A DNA stretch of 64,000 nt from Eledone cirrhosa. Taxonomy: Eukaryota. The DNA lies in the NCBI GenBank assembly GCA_964016885.1, contig OZ024740.1:265918001-265982000 (forward strand). Reading direction: 5' to 3'. A model generated the notes under the pieces. That model was not told the origin of the DNA, did no database searches, and saw only the letters and a list, made by a program, of their open reading frames with translations. Every line of letters starts with the position of its first letter. The first letter of the stretch is position 1. The position numbers and the translations under genes are program-made. Of the stretch, positions 28,316 through 43,796 are shown in pieces.

Positions 28316-29513
28316 TTACAAAAATTATTATTAAAACACCACATTCCATAAGTTTTGAACCGATGCTATTTTAATATCACTTTTTTAATCAGGTCCTAAA
28401 TATTTATGTAGTAACTTTCGTGGCATATCTTTCTTATCTGTTGTTGGAAAGGTACTCTCGTAGATACTTTCAGATCATCTTCACAAATTCATAGTTCCAA
28501 GAGCTGTGTCAGAAACCCAGTTTGGTTTTCATCCCTTACGCGAGATAGTTGAACTGATTTTCATTATTCGCCAACTACAAGAAAAATGCACGGAGCAAAA
28601 CATGGGGTTATATCATTACTTTGTAGACAACAGCAAAGCTTTCGACACTGTTAACAGGACTGTATTGTGGTTGGGGTTGAAAAGATGTGGCTATCCTGAA
28701 AAGGTTGTGAATATGATTAAAGCCCTCCATAAGGATAGGAAGGCCCGTATTAATTTTGGTAATACTCTTTTAGAACTGTTCGCAGTGAAAAATGATGTAA
28801 GGCAGAGTGACCTTGAAGCAGCAACACTCTTCGCCATTTATTTTGCGGCGATGCTCTCAAATCCCTTTGCAACATCAACAGACGGAGTCATTATCCGGTA
28901 TCACTCTGCAGGTGTTGTGTTCAATTTGACTAGAGATGATTCAACTCTAAAGTCTTAACATTTTTTATCCATGACCTTCTGTATGCAAACGACTGCGACC
29001 TAATAAGTTACACTGAGGATGGCTTGCACAGCCTGATAAGTGATTTCTGCGCTGCTTGTGATGTGTTCGGTCTCATAATTAATTTTTAAAAGATTGTTGT
29101 AATGCATCAACCTGCTCCTGGGGAGCATGCCACTGCACCTCGAATGCTCGTTAAGGGCTCAATGCAAACTGGATACTGAAATGACATCTCGTATACAAAA
29201 GGCAGCAAAAGCCTTTGGTAGATGACACATTAAAGTCTGGTCAAAACGTCACATTAAATTGGAGACTAAGATTCCTGTATACGTCTCATTTGTACTCTCC
29301 GTGCTATCGTATTTATCCGAGCCATGGACGTTGGATACACGTCATGTTAGAATGTTAGACCAGTTTCAGCATAAATTCTTCATACATATACTCAAAATTA
29401 GAACAAAGAGGTGATGATCGATTACAGGCACAGCACAGCATCAAATCGGGCTGTTTGTTTACATTATTATTAATGTTCGATATAACGTATACGTACATCT
29501 GTATATACCTGTG
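28311..29513 (+). pseudogene. RTE RT fragment, copy 2 of the 1.2-kb direct duplication
   Basis: ORF 28506-28958 differs from 24800-25252 at only 2 aa. Confidence 0.85.
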
Positions 29514-29521
29514 TGTGTATG

Positions 29522-29610
<89 letters not shown>

Positions 29611-29679
29611 ATACTTACATTTATGTATCAGCTGTGCTGGGGCAAGAAATAAAATTCTAATATTATTTTATATATATAC

Positions 29680-29723
<44 letters not shown>

Positions 29724-29819
29724 ATGTGTGTGTGTGTGTGCGTGTATGTGTGTGCGTGTGTGTGTGTGTGTGTGTGTGCGTGCGTGTGTGTGTGTGTGCG
29801 TGCGTGTGTGTGTGTGTGT

Positions 29820-29930
<111 letters not shown>

Positions 29931-30574
29931 TAGTGTGTATAATGAAAGAATGTTAAAGAGAGAATATGTTAGGCGAAGATCAATGGAAAAAGAACTTGAT
30001 CTTGATCACCTAATAGGCATTATCTACAGTCTGGTTATTACAAAGGGGAATGCACGGAGGTTGTACGAATAGGAAGTAGCTCGAAAACCATTCCGAAGGA
30101 ACGATATATTTCAATTAGCTAGTCACAGGAAGTTAGATGCATGACCGGAAATAGAACCGTACTTTTAACAGGAAAGGATGAAAAGATGTGTTATCCGCAT
30201 TTTTATTCGGAATAAATTGATCTTGATAATTTTAAAGCTTATGATAGCCGCTGATATTTTTTAACCTGTCGTTTTCCTCTTCTCTGATAATATTTCGGCT
30301 AGAATATGGAAATAACCGAAAAGAAATACCATCTCCGAGTCAAATATACCTTTTACATATTTGAAAAGGAATGCTTATTACATTTTCCTATAAACATATA
30401 ATTTTTTATAGACATAGAAAACTGAATTACCCCGGGTTCAGTAATGAAAAAAAACCCAGTCTGCTGCGCTTTTTAGTTACTAGATCAGAAGGTTTGACCC
30501 TGAGGATATGAGGATATATTATATGTGGACCGTGCCTAGCACATACATATGCAATATATATATATATAGTGCAT

Positions 30575-30649
<75 letters not shown>

Positions 30650-30666
30650 CTATATATATATAATAT

Positions 30667-31490
30667 TGATAGTGAGTAAAATCGAAGTTGTAGCTATGGC
30701 AGCATCTCTCGAAAGAACAATCCTCAGAAACTTTCACTTGACTGCTGCGAAAACTATAGTATTGAATCTAGCAGCGGGGTTACGTGTTCTTACTCAAGGA
30801 ATGAGGAAGAATTACATCCGGGTTTTGGGCTGGTAAATTCGAAGTGTGAGCAAAGGAATCAATTCACAGCCTCTGAATTGAAGCTCTCGACCAGGTCATC
30901 AAACAAACAGAAATAATTAATCAATCAATAATCAATTAACTAATTAATTATAAAGGCTAGGGGAGAATGATAAAAATGATAGGGAGTAAAATCGAAGTTG
31001 CAGCTATGACAGCATCTCTGGAAAGAATAATCCTCAAAAGCTTGCTCAGCACGCGATAAGATGATATCGACAAATCGATAAATTAAATCTTAGAGTAATA
31101 AACATACGTTAAAGGTGTGACAAATTGAAAACTGCGGCTACGTAAAGAATGCCACGACGGCCACTACAAAAAGGTAAATACATGGGATCAATAGCTAACT
31201 GGACATAATGAAAAATATTAAAAAATATATTCGATTGGTTTCTGTGAAACTGAAACAACAATCCAAATTGCGCAATGCACAAGTCTGTATTGTATCAAGA
31301 TCGAACGCGGAACCACTTTATCAACAGAAATTTCGTTCTGTGTGCCATCCGTTCGGTGTAATGTGACTGCTGCGAATACTATAGTATCAACTGTAGCAAC
31401 GGTGTCACATGTTCTTTCTCAAGGAATGAGGAAGAATTACATCCGTGTTTCAGCGGTCAAATTCGAAGTGTGAGCAAAGGAATCAAATAT
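30667..31490. repeat. Local direct repeats (30667-30735 with 30977-31040; 30738-30865 with 31364-31485)
   Basis: GAGTAAAATCGAAGTTG and CTCAAGGAATGAGGAAGAATTACATCC each present twice. Confidence 0.65.
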
Positions 31491-32119
31491 GTATATATAT
31501 GTGTGTGTATGCGATCATACATATAGCTAAGGAGGTAGGGATATATATGTATACATACATACATACAGACATACATACATATATACATGCATACATACAT
31601 GGTGGCTGCCAACTCGTTTTCGAGTACGGCCACTACTTTATATCCATGTAGGAGAACCCCTACCGATGCGCTCAACGAGTGTGACTTTTTAGTCCAGCCA
31701 GCGACTTGAAAACTCTGGCACAAACACTACACTTGTGACAATTACTGACACATAGTGCTGGGCCCATGGTACCATGTGAGGACAAGTGCAGAGAGATCTC
31801 CAGATATAAAGCAATGCCTGTGCCGTGAAGCTTTTATAGTGAGCAAAGGCACTGCACAAAGCCAGTCCCACTCTCTTGACCAAGATGATATTTACCAAAA
31901 AGAAGAACAATTCAACATCATTGGATACCATCAGAGCTGCAGGTGTTATATCAGAGTTTTCCTTCTCCTAGAATTCTGCCTTGACAAAGGCTAAGGGGTC
32001 ATCACTCCCGGTGATTTTGGATGACCATTGACTCTTAAGAGCTCCTTTGCCCTTTGTATGCATACATACATACATACATATATACATACATACACACACA
32101 CACACACATACATGCACAC

Positions 32120-32525
32120 ATGATGGCCGCCTTCTCGTTATCGAGTATGGACATTGAACGATATAACATTGTTAATAATTATCAATTAATACTATAGTGC
32201 AATTCCTGAGCGTGAAGATGTTTCTGAACTGAGGAAAGACTGTGCACTGAGCCAATCCCACTCTCTCAGCGACAGTAGCTATAAGCCGAAAAGTAGAAAA
32301 GATCAACATCATCGGTAACTACTGAGCCGCAGGTTTTATGTCGGAATTGTCCCAGTTTCCTGAGTTGCTTCTAGAAGAATACCCTGACAAAGGCTAGGGG
32401 TCCTTCACTCCCAGTCGATTAACTGCGGGATCGAGTATCCAGCCCGATTATTTCTGTCCTCGCGCATATATACACATGCATACATGTATATACATATTTA
32501 CACATTTTTGGATGGCCGTTGACAT
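32120..32525 (-). mobile_element. Dispersed repeat family B (also 33290-33880 minus, 51885-52490 plus), related to family A and bounded by (ATAC)n
   Basis: Shared GACTGTGCACTGAGCC and AAAAGATCAACATCATCGGTAACTACTGAG; 3' hairpin ACTCG-ATAA-CGAG. Confidence 0.65.
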
Positions 32526-33944
32526 ACATACATACATACATACATACATACATACATACATACATACATACATACATACAACCTTACCACCAGGAAGGTG
32601 GCCGGTCAAAAAAATATACTCGAAATTAAGAGAAAGAGAAAACATACATACATACATATATCAGTGTATAAAAACTGAATAAAAGACCACACAATTCTTG
32701 ATATAGTATTTGAATGTATTGGAAAATCACTCCATCGTTTCTCAGAATGCCTCATAGACACAAAGACAAAGCATGTGGTCGCAAACCCTTAGAAAATATT
32801 GAAGAGATGAAATATATGATGGTTTCTTATTCGTGGCTTAGGATCATCAAAGCTATAGATACACCTATCGCTGGTAATCATGTATAAATGATACCGAAAG
32901 ACCTTCATGAAGTTGTTTCTTCTAAGACGATCTTCTACTATCAAGCTATGCTGAGATTTTCTTAACACTATAACACAGTATCTTGTGAGAGGTAATTGAG
33001 TTCTATAGTATTTTAGATGAAACAAAACAAGACTTTCATGCACACTATTTACACTGCATACACACATACATGCATATATGGTGGCTGCCAACTCGTTTTC
33101 GAGTACGGCCACTACTTTATATCCATGTAGGAGAACCTCTACCGATGCGTTGAACGAGTGCGACTTTTTAGTCCAGCCAGCGACTTGAAAACTCTGGTAC
33201 AAACACTACACTTGTGACAATTATTGACACATAGTGCATATATACATACATACATACATACATTCATACATACATATATACATACATACATGATGCCTGC
33301 TCCCTCGTTATCGAGTATGACCATTACACGATATAACATTATTAATAATTATCAATTAATGCTATCGTGCAATGCCTGTGTGTGAAGATCTTTTTTAAAG
33401 ACTGTGCACTGAGCCACTCTCTGAGCGCCAGTAGCTATAACCCGAGAAGAAGAAAAGATCAAAATCATCGGTAACTACTGAGCCGCAGATTTTATGTCGG
33501 AGTTATCCCAGTTTCCTGAGTTGCCTCCTCCTAGAAGAATGCCTTCACATAGGCAGTGGTTTAACCGCGCGATCGGGTGTCCAGCCCGATTATTTCTATG
33601 TCCCAGCGCATATACATACACATGCATACATGCATATATACGTGCATATATACACATGCATACATGTATATATATATTTACACATTTTTGGATGGCTGTT
33701 GACTCTTATGAGTTCTTCCGCCCTTTATCATGTTTTGTTCTTTGTCCTGCAAGGTGTCCCAAATCCCCCTCCTCACCAAGTAAACTTAGTGGGGTTGCCG
33801 GTTTAGTCGCCGACGACCCGACCATGAGACAGGTTATACTGGGTTACATGTTACCAGTAGCACTTGAGAGCGACCTGACATACATACATGCATACATACA
33901 TACATACATACATACATACATACATACATACATACATACATACA

Positions 33945-35362
33945 CAATACTTATGCTGTGCCAATCCTAACACCAACATTTGGTCTGCTTAACTGGTCAT
34001 TGAAAGAACTAGATGAGATAGATGCAAGAACTCGCAAGCTTCTCAGTATTACTGGAAACTTTGAACATCAAATGTGATGTGGATAGGCTATACTTCTCAC
34101 GCAAGGAAAGTGGCCGGGGTCTAAAATCCATATTAACATGATACGAGATCCAGGTAGTAACACTGAAGCAACTTCTTCAACAGAAGAAAAAGGTCAGCAA
34201 TCATCTTGCCCATACTTGTTTATGAGTATGGATAAATAATTGTTTCTACTTTTGGCACAAGGCCAACAATTATCCAGTACATTACTGGTACTTTATTTTA
34301 TCGGCCCCGTAAGGATGAAAGGCAAAGTTAACCTCTGCGGGATTTGAACTCAGAATGACAAGGCCGTAACTCTATGCGGCAAAGCATGCGTCTGACCCTC
34401 TACCGATACTGCCAATCCACCCCCCTAGGGATAAATAATATCATTAGGATAGCCACTGATTTGGAGGAGAAATATGGAATAAGGCCTGATATAAATATCT
34501 CTCCCAGGGAAATTGGAATATCCTATTCAATGCTCGAACAAGTTTACAAAATGGACCAATTTACAGAGAAAGTTGTGCATGAGTATCTGAGACGAAAAAC
34601 ACAAACCATAGAGGGAATAAATCATTCAAAAAGCCTGGCATGGAGTTCCGACAAGTTTATGACATCCCACCTTGAAGGATATCTCTATGTAATACTGGAA
34701 CAAGAAATCCCTACCAAATATCTGCTACACAAAAGAGAAGAGCCATCAGTTGACAATAAATGTAGGCTATGTAAACCAAAGATCGAAAATGTTAGCCACA
34801 TTTTTGCCAACTGCGAAAGAATGTCGTCTCGCTACTACTTCCATATGAGACACGATGTGATAGATAGAACCATCTCGAACGCACTTAGGAATGCAAAATT
34901 AACAACAAATGCGAAGGAATATTTGGAGATAGATGGCACTAAGGAATACTGGTGGAACCTGAAAATACCACACATTGAAAATGTGCTCTGTTGTAGAGTT
35001 CAGTTGCACTCTTGATGTCAACGTTGTAAGGAAAATATAAGAGAAGGATGACAACTACGGACCATTGATGAGGAGTTTGCAGATCCAGTATCCAAGATAC
35101 ACCTTCTGCACAATACCCATCATTATTGGAGCAACAGGTTATATACAAACCTGATTGGACCAAAGTATAACTGAACTTGGAGTTGTGGACAAAGAACGCA
35201 GCTCCCTAATTCATGGACTACAAATGGCTGCGATAGCTGGCACCTTAAAAATTTGCAAAACATTCTTGCGATTCAAGGGATGACAATTTCTTTTCTTTTA
35301 CAACCTTGCCGCCAGGAAGGTGGTCAGTCAAAAATGTACTCGAAATTAAGAGAAAGAGAAAC
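33945..35362 (+). mobile_element. R4/Dong-like non-LTR 3' fragment (second family), interrupted by a SINE
   Basis: ILEQEIPTK, CRLCK, HIFANC, RHDVI, YWWN, PIIIGATG; ends GAGAAAC(ATAC)n; short 3' copies at 8172-8300 minus, 32580-32645 and 57953-58236. Confidence 0.85.
34238..34425 (-). mobile_element. tRNA-derived SINE with TSD
   Basis: Reverse complement of the 21673 family; TSD GGATAAATAAT. Confidence 0.85.
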
Positions 35363-37903
35363 ATACATACATAATGGATACATCTCGGTTTCCAGAATTG
35401 CCATCCCTTGACCTTTTTCCCATACATGAGTGGCGCGAACATGACTTTATCCCCCTACCCACCCCACCCGCACCCCAGGAGTTACATTCTTTTCTGCAAA
35501 TGTTGCAGCGGAGCAAAAAAGAAAATGACAAGCGTGAAATTTGTTTAGATAATGTGATGCATGTGTTTGAAGCTTTTTTTTAATGAAGAAAGGCTTGCAC
35601 TGGACGAGTCCCACTCTCTGGACAACGGTGACAGGTATCTCAAACAAAGAACTTGGCAACATTATTGACTGTCATTGAATCGTAGGTTTTACATCAAAGA
35701 TTTCCTTCTAGAATGATGTCCTAACAAGAACTGGTGGGATAACCACATGCTCGGGCCCGAAATCGAGTATTTCCATGTACCCACGCATACATATACACAC
35801 ACAAACACCAATACACACATACACACATACAGACATACACACAGGTAGACAGACAGACAGCGTGCTACAATGTGTAACAAGTTTGGATCTCTGAATTACC
35901 GATACAATTCATATTTGACAGCTGAGTGAGCTGGAGTAGCATGAAATGCATTTTAGTTCAGATACAACAACCGATGTATATGCAAATTTGTTCACAGATT
36001 TGCATATAGAGGCATTTTGGTATTTTTGTGTTTCTTCAGTAAAGCGTAAAGGCTTCACATCCAAAGCAAGATTAGAGAACGAACGATTTTTTAAAAAATC
36101 AGTTTAATCGAATCCTTGATTCTGTCCTTTTACAGTTTCTGGGAAGCAAGATAAATACGATTTGAAATTTAATCGAATTTGCTGCTAACGTGTAAATTCC
36201 TAAATAGAGGCTTCTAAAATACACCAACCCCTGTCCTTCAGCACAGTAGAAGCTGCTGTATTTAAAAAAAAATAAAAGAACACAAAATACGCACTTGAAA
36301 ACTTCCCCGTAAATTGTCTTGGGTGGTGATCAATGGCGCTGAGAGAATACAGTCCTTACAGTATCATAGCCTCCTCACGTACAGCTATTGTGACAATGGG
36401 ATATGTTTTATTGCAGGGGACTACTAGGCATACAGTTTATCGGAATTCACCTTATTAAATGCCCATCTAACATCACATTCATCCTCCAATAAGGTTAGAA
36501 AAACCTCAGTTGGAAACAAATAAATTACGATAGATATCAAATATTATTTCTTTCTAGATCTGACTCACAAGCCTTCTTTGCTCAGATTTTAATCAGATAC
36601 GTTCTTGATAACATATCAGAGAATGAATTGGCCCCTGAGATGGAAGGATCGGTAAATAGAGAGTTCTTTATATGGCCAATCCTTTGTTGCAATGTACTGC
36701 CTCTGTGGAGCTGTTGAGTCCAATAATCAGGCAAGTCCTGTCCAAACTGTGGAGAGTTAAGCTGCCGGTAAATTAAGCGGTTTCTTCATTAACCACGCTT
36801 TGTAAGAAGGGACATTTTGAACAGCCTCTAAAATGAAAGACAGGACTTATTAAAAGGAGATACTCAGGAGAGTCAATGGACGACTTTGTATCCACTGGCG
36901 ACCCCACAAATGAGCAACCATTCTCCAATGTCGATGTCTATTGGTCAGATACGATAACGATTTTATAATCAGTATGCCGTGATCTTGGCTTCCTGAAACC
37001 GAAATATCAATAACTATTGAGGCAGTTGATGATGGGATATTTATATTTGTGTTGTGCCTTTAGGTCCAGTTTTTTTGTTTGTTTGTTTATTTCCTTTTGG
37101 AGGAGACTATATGTGTGTGGTAGACACGAATTGACAGAGTCGTTAGACGGATAAAATGCTTTGTCGTATTCGTTTCTGATCTTTGCTCTCTGTGTTCAAC
37201 TTTGCCTTTCATCTTTTGAGTCAGTGTTATTGTATGGATCAGGTACATGGGCCCCGATACTTGGGAAGAAAGTAGATGGTGCATAAATTAAAAACTTAGG
37301 GATGTACAAAACATAATCTGGCAACAACATATTACAGAAGGAAGTTTAAACGGAAATTGTCCAAGATAAGAACTACAATTGCTAAAAGACAGTTACGATT
37401 TACAAGGCATTGCTGGAGAATTAAGCAGGAAGTTATACACAATGAGGGGAGCAGTTACCAGGAACAATAGAAAATCGTGAATTGTGGAGAGATTTTGTCA
37501 GGAATGTTCGTCAGTGATCACAATGATGATGATGATCGGATTTATTAGGTTTGTTGAAATAATTGAGAAACTTAACTACGAACTTATATACACTATTCAG
37601 GAGAAATCATGATAGATTAGAACTAAAGAAGAAGGTCGTGGTTGAACATACAAAGAGATTAAAGACTGAACCCATAAGCAGCAGAGGTAAGAAACGTGTG
37701 AAGAAGGGTAAAACAATGTTGATGATATAATTCCTCATTTAACATATAAATTGTTGCGGCCGATACCGATGAGCAGTCGATGATGAACGTGATGAGGATG
37801 ATAATGATGATGTTGATGATGATTATGATGACGATGATGAAGATGATGATGATGATGATGATGATACACATACAGACATCCAAAAACTTATGCACTCACT
37901 CAT

Positions 37904-37946
<43 letters not shown>

Positions 37947-37998
37947 TACATACATACATATATATATATACACACACATACATACATACATACATACA

Positions 37999-38029
<31 letters not shown>

Positions 38030-38707
38030 GTACATACAATGACACCCGTACACCCACACAAGTATACATAGGTTTCTTTTTTTCTTTTCTTTTTTTCCCT
38101 TTTTTTTTCTTTTAACCATCATAATTCCTTTTTAATTTCAGACAAAAATATCTCAAAGGGAAAGAAAAAAAGAAAGAAAGAAAGAAAGGGAGAAAGAAAG
38201 AAAGCGAGAACAAGGTAATGAATGATAAAAAGGAAGATAGATATATAGGAAGTCAGAGAGAGTGTGTAATGTGAGATGGTGGTGAGGAACGATAGAAAGA
38301 TATTGAATATAGCATTAGTAAGTTGTCGAGAGAATTTCCCCTAAGGTGATATATTGCTTAAAGAAAAATTCAGCTGTGAATATTCCCTTCCTTCAACAAC
38401 GTTTCTAGCCTTCTGTTACCATCGCCATCTTCTTTCTTTCTTATTCTTATTCTTTTCTTTATATATGTGTAGTTTTTCTTTTAATTCTTTTTTAGTTTAG
38501 TTTAGTTCATAAGTGTTATTATGCAGGTGGTGTTGTTGTTGTTGTTGTTTTGTTGTTGGTATTGTTGTTTTGTTGTTGGTATTGTTGCTGTTCTTTGTAG
38601 TGTCGGCGTTCGTGATGGTGGTGGTGGTGGTGGTGTTGGTAGAGTTGGAAATGGTGTTAGTTTTGATTTATTTTCTTCTCCGTCTTTATATCTACATAAA
38701 CACATAT

Positions 38708-38832
<125 letters not shown>

Positions 38833-38905
38833 GTGTGTATGTATATTTACTTATGTATGTATGTTCGGTGTGGGTGTAGACTATGGACGAATACATACAT
38901 ATATA

Positions 38906-38987
<82 letters not shown>

Positions 38988-39530
38988 TATATGTATGTAT
39001 ATGTGTGTATGAGCATGTATATTAGTATGTGGGAGCGTGTATTCCATTACCCTATTACTGGAGTGTTTATAACAAAATTTTTACAGAAACTTGTCGCCCG
39101 AAGGAGATTATCGATAATTAACAGAACCTATTTGGAATGTGCCGGAGTATTTTTGTAATGTTTATTGTTCGAAAATTTTTCAGATCAGTTTAAATTGTAT
39201 GCATAGAAAAGGTTGGAGTTGGTGATGATAATGATGATTATGTTGAAGATGAGATAAAAGAGGAAGCTGAAAAATAGAGGAAAGAGACCAAGATCTAGAC
39301 CAATAGCAAGACTAAGATGATGTCTACAAAGACGATAATGTGGAGGATGGTGACGGCGAAGCCGATGGAGATGATGGGGAGGATCGAGTGGGGGGGGCGA
39401 GGGGGATATAGTAAGACGTAGTAAAAGAAGAACGTATGAGTAACAAACACCTTTTAGGTGGTGAAGTAAAAATGAAGAAAATATTAAATATAGGGGAAAA
39501 GTTATGTGGAAGAAAATTATAAAGAATATA

Positions 39531-39577
<47 letters not shown>

Positions 39578-39639
39578 GGGGAGGGGTGTATGTGTGTTTG
39601 CATCTATGTATATTTGTATATATAAGTATATGTATATAC

Positions 39640-39774
<135 letters not shown>

Positions 39775-39775
39775 C

Positions 39776-39814
<39 letters not shown>

Positions 39815-39984
39815 TGTTTTGTATATATATATATAATAAAATTATAAAGAATATATATAAATAATGGCGGTGGGGGGGGGGGGCGTCTATGTGTGTGTGT
39901 ATATGTATGTTTTTGTATTAATGTGTATTTCTATATATCAGTATAAATATATCTTTGGATACATATATGTATATATATTTTATG

Positions 39985-40018
<34 letters not shown>

Positions 40019-40341
40019 CCAGATATATATTATATATATATATATATATAGGTTCAGAAATAGAAGCATTTTCTTCGATAATCAATGAATAAATATATTC
40101 AGCAAGTAATATAGTTCAAAGGGAGTCGTGTTTGTTTGTTTGAGGAGATGATGTGTTCCGGGGAATTTACAAAAATAATCGAGGAGTGAGAATACAATTA
40201 AAAATAATAGTAGCTGTGGGTTGTAGTGGGAGGGGAGTGAATGACGAATTAAACAAAGAGAAAGACGACTAAGCATAAAAGAAGTACACACACACGCATG
40301 TACACACACACGCACACACTCACGCACACATACACACACAC

Positions 40342-40416
<75 letters not shown>

Positions 40417-40422
40417 CATATT

Positions 40423-40454
<32 letters not shown>

Positions 40455-40469
40455 CATATAACTACATAC

Positions 40470-40519
<50 letters not shown>

Positions 40520-41352
40520 CCAGAAGGCGGTCAAAGGCATGCCAGGGGCATAATTGTTTGTGTTGCATTGGTTGATATAATGTATCTCTATGCTATTGTT
40601 AATCTGAAAGTATATGTATATGTTGTTATATATATATATACATGTGTGTGTGTGTGTGTATATATATATATAGAGAGAGAGAGGGGGTGAGGGGGGAGGA
40701 AGCAGAGATTCTGACTGACAAACAGACAAAGAGACAGACAGACAGATTCAGAAAGATTGAGATACTATTTATATGTGTTTCTATTTGCTTACAGCTTTAT
40801 TAGCTGTTGTTTTTCTTTCTTTTCATATCTCAAGAAATGTATTTATTTATAGCTATAGGAATCAATATATTGTACACTTTAATTAGGTATTCATACTCAT
40901 TACTATTCTGCGTTATGTTATATGAGTATTAAATTCACACTGCACACATAAATGTGTTAATTTTTTCTGCAAATTATCTAAATATTCACACGAAAATATG
41001 CATAAACGCAAGAAACACAGGTTCACATATATACTTACAAATACACACATAAGTTCATGCGTACATGCACTCAAATACATACACCTAGATATAGCAGGCA
41101 TCAGATGTTGTATACCAGCGAGACTGCGTTGGTAGGATGTCAGATGTGGGAAGAAAATGCCAAACGCTCGAAGAGGACGGAATCTGAGACACACGTCTAA
41201 ATACATATATATATTGTTATATTGTTATATTTTGGGATCGCTATGGTGCCAGTAAAAAACACACTCTCCTGTTATGTTTCACTTCAATTCATTATTGTAA
41301 TTTCCCCGTCTGTTGGTATAATAACCGAATAGTTGCTTACTTGTTGTTGTCA

Positions 41353-41393
41353 TCAAAGCTCTTTCGTCACACATTCTGTGACCTCCTCAGTGA
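41353..41393 (-). ncRNA. Minimal type I hammerhead ribozyme in a PLE pLTR remnant (about 41215-41460)
   Basis: UCA-CUGAGGA-G-GUCAC/GUGAC-GAAA-GAGC-UU-UGA. Confidence 0.8.
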
Positions 41394-42483
41394 ATACTTT
41401 TGTTGATATTTTGTATCTCCTTTTTGTTGTCTTATTCTATCTTGTTTTGGTGAGATATTATATATATATATATATATGTGTGTGCGTATGTGTGTGTGTG
41501 TGTGTGTGTGTGCGTATGTATGTGTTGGTGTGTGTGTGTGCGTTTATGTGTGTGTGCGTCTGTGTGTTTGTGCGCATCTGTATCTGTGTGTGTGTGCGTC
41601 TGTATGCGTATGTGTGTGTGTGCGTCTATGTGTTTGTGCGTTTGTGTATGTATATGTTTGTGTTTCTTTGTAAAGTGCTATTAGACATCGTAAACGTTAA
41701 TATAAACTTGAAACATACTTATTGATGATAGGCCCGCTAGCGGTAGCATCAGACTCGTATCAGAGATTTCGAGAACAACTAGTGACAAAATAAGTCTGAA
41801 GAACGTCAGAAATATGTAAACACCCGACACCTACAAAGCTTCTACGTGAGAGTCAAGGAGCAGTACAGAGCGACATGCTTTTCAAAAGAAACGTTTAATG
41901 CTGAAAGCTGTTGACAATGTCATTGGATATAAACATTTTAGCACAATCTCAAACAGGAATTCTACCACTGCTGAAGGCGTTCTTCGAAACATGCCCCAGC
42001 ATCTTAGTCAACTTTCGATGCCAGGCTCACTAACATACCATGAATTCACTAAAGCCATCAATTGTGGCCCAGAAAAGCATCTGGTTGAGACAGCATTCTT
42101 CTGAAATTTATTCACGGTAGTTGCCTACATTTGAAAAACAATGCATTTCATTGTTATCCTTAAAATGAGAGAAACACAGTATAACAGCAGATCTGAAAAA
42201 TGGCATGATCAGACAGCATCCATGGCATCTATGCTGGTATATCCCTACTTTCTATCTCCATCTCCTGTTCAACTTCGAAGAAATATACAAGTATGTTGAT
42301 TCCAATATCTATAAATAAATACAATTCTCCAGATATGAAAAACAAAACTGCAACTAATAAAGCTATAGGCCAATAGACACACATATAAATAGCATCTCAA
42401 TCCTTCTTCAATCTATTTCTCTGTCTCTTTGTCTGTTTGTCAGGAACTCGGTCTTAACTCCTCCACCACCCTCTCTCTCTCTA

Positions 42484-42527
<44 letters not shown>

Positions 42528-42633
42528 TCTCTCTCTCTCTCAGTCTCTTTCTCTCTCTATATATATATGTCTAAAGACATTTTTTCCAATTCCAACCCAC
42601 CCGTCCCCTCAATCTATCTTATTTCTCATTATT

Positions 42634-42669
42634 TCTTCTGATGAAGGACTAGCGTCCGAAACGTTAAGA
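42634..42669 (+). ncRNA. Ultra-minimal type I hammerhead ribozyme
   Basis: UCUU-CUGAUGA-A-GGAC-uagc-GUCC-GAAAC-GUU-AAGA; loopless ACGU stem III. Confidence 0.85.
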
Positions 42670-42811
42670 CCCTCTTTCTGCTATATCAAGCGTTAACCTA
42701 ATATATCCCTTCCATATACTGTACCGATTGTGTTGTTATTCCTGTTTACCTTTTACTTATATATATATGTAGAAGGTAAATATGCGACACCACACTAATA
42801 CATATCACTAC

Positions 42812-42848
42812 CATTTGATAATGCATAAAAATGCTGAAACCGGTAATA
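42812..42848 (+). ncRNA. Minimal HHR, U3-A8 variant, weak stem I
   Basis: AU-UUGAUAA-U-GCAU-aaaa-AUGC-U-GAAA-CCGG-UA-AU. Confidence 0.55.
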
Positions 42849-43488
42849 TACAATTATTAAATATATAAATAGATAAATAAATGCCATTGTTAAATAATAA
42901 ATAAATCAACTAATACCTTAACACTTCACACAAAGTAAAACATTTCGTTTTAATCATTTTCTAAACAAGAAAAAAGAGAGAGAGAAATAAAAAAGGAAAA
43001 CAAAATATTTTTCTTCCTAATAATCGTCTCTTTCTCCCTGTTTTCATATATATATATATATGTTTTCCGTTCATTGCCAAAGAACGTCTCCACGAACTAC
43101 CTAATAGAATATTAGTCTTCGACTTCATTTATACCCTATACGTGGTTTTGTCTTTGCGTGTAATTGTTTTCACTGTTCCAATTAATGACGCATTATCTTC
43201 GTTTTTATCTGTTCTTTGCCAGGAAATGTTTCTACGAACCAAAGTATCATCTTCCTGTCTTCCTTCGGTTGCAACGTTTTTGAAATATGTACTTCTGCGT
43301 TCACAGATTGATATTTTTAGCTTCAGAAGATCCCGTTATGGGTGAAAGCAGCGATTCTTTGCCTAAACTTTAATCTGTTATTTTAATAAATATTTGGTCT
43401 ACGGTTCTTATATATCTGATATATATTTATCCTCATCGAGCCCTCTTTGGATTTTAGTCTTCTAATTTATTATTATTACTATATAAGA

Positions 43489-43680
43489 GCGGTGGGTTGG
43501 CAGTATAGGAAGAGAGTCGGACACCATGCTTTGCAGCAAAGACTTACGTCCCTTTACGATCTGAGTTCAAATCCCGCCGAGGTTAACTTTGCCTTTTATC
43601 CTTACAGGGTCGATAAAATAAAGTACCAGTAATGTACTGGGTAATTGTTGGCCTTGTGCCGAATGTAGAAACAATTATTA
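43489..43680 (+). mobile_element. tRNA-derived SINE
   Basis: Same family as 21673. Confidence 0.85.
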
Positions 43681-43681
43681 C

Positions 43682-43743
<62 letters not shown>

Positions 43744-43796
43744 TATATATATACGATATTAAATAAATGGAAACTATATTTATAAAACCATATTTA

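Noticed and set aside
36300-37020. Possible host exon(s) in a higher-complexity stretch
   Set aside because: No sustained open frame; faint resemblance to a decayed L1/Tx1 C-terminus (KLWRVKLP), too weak to call
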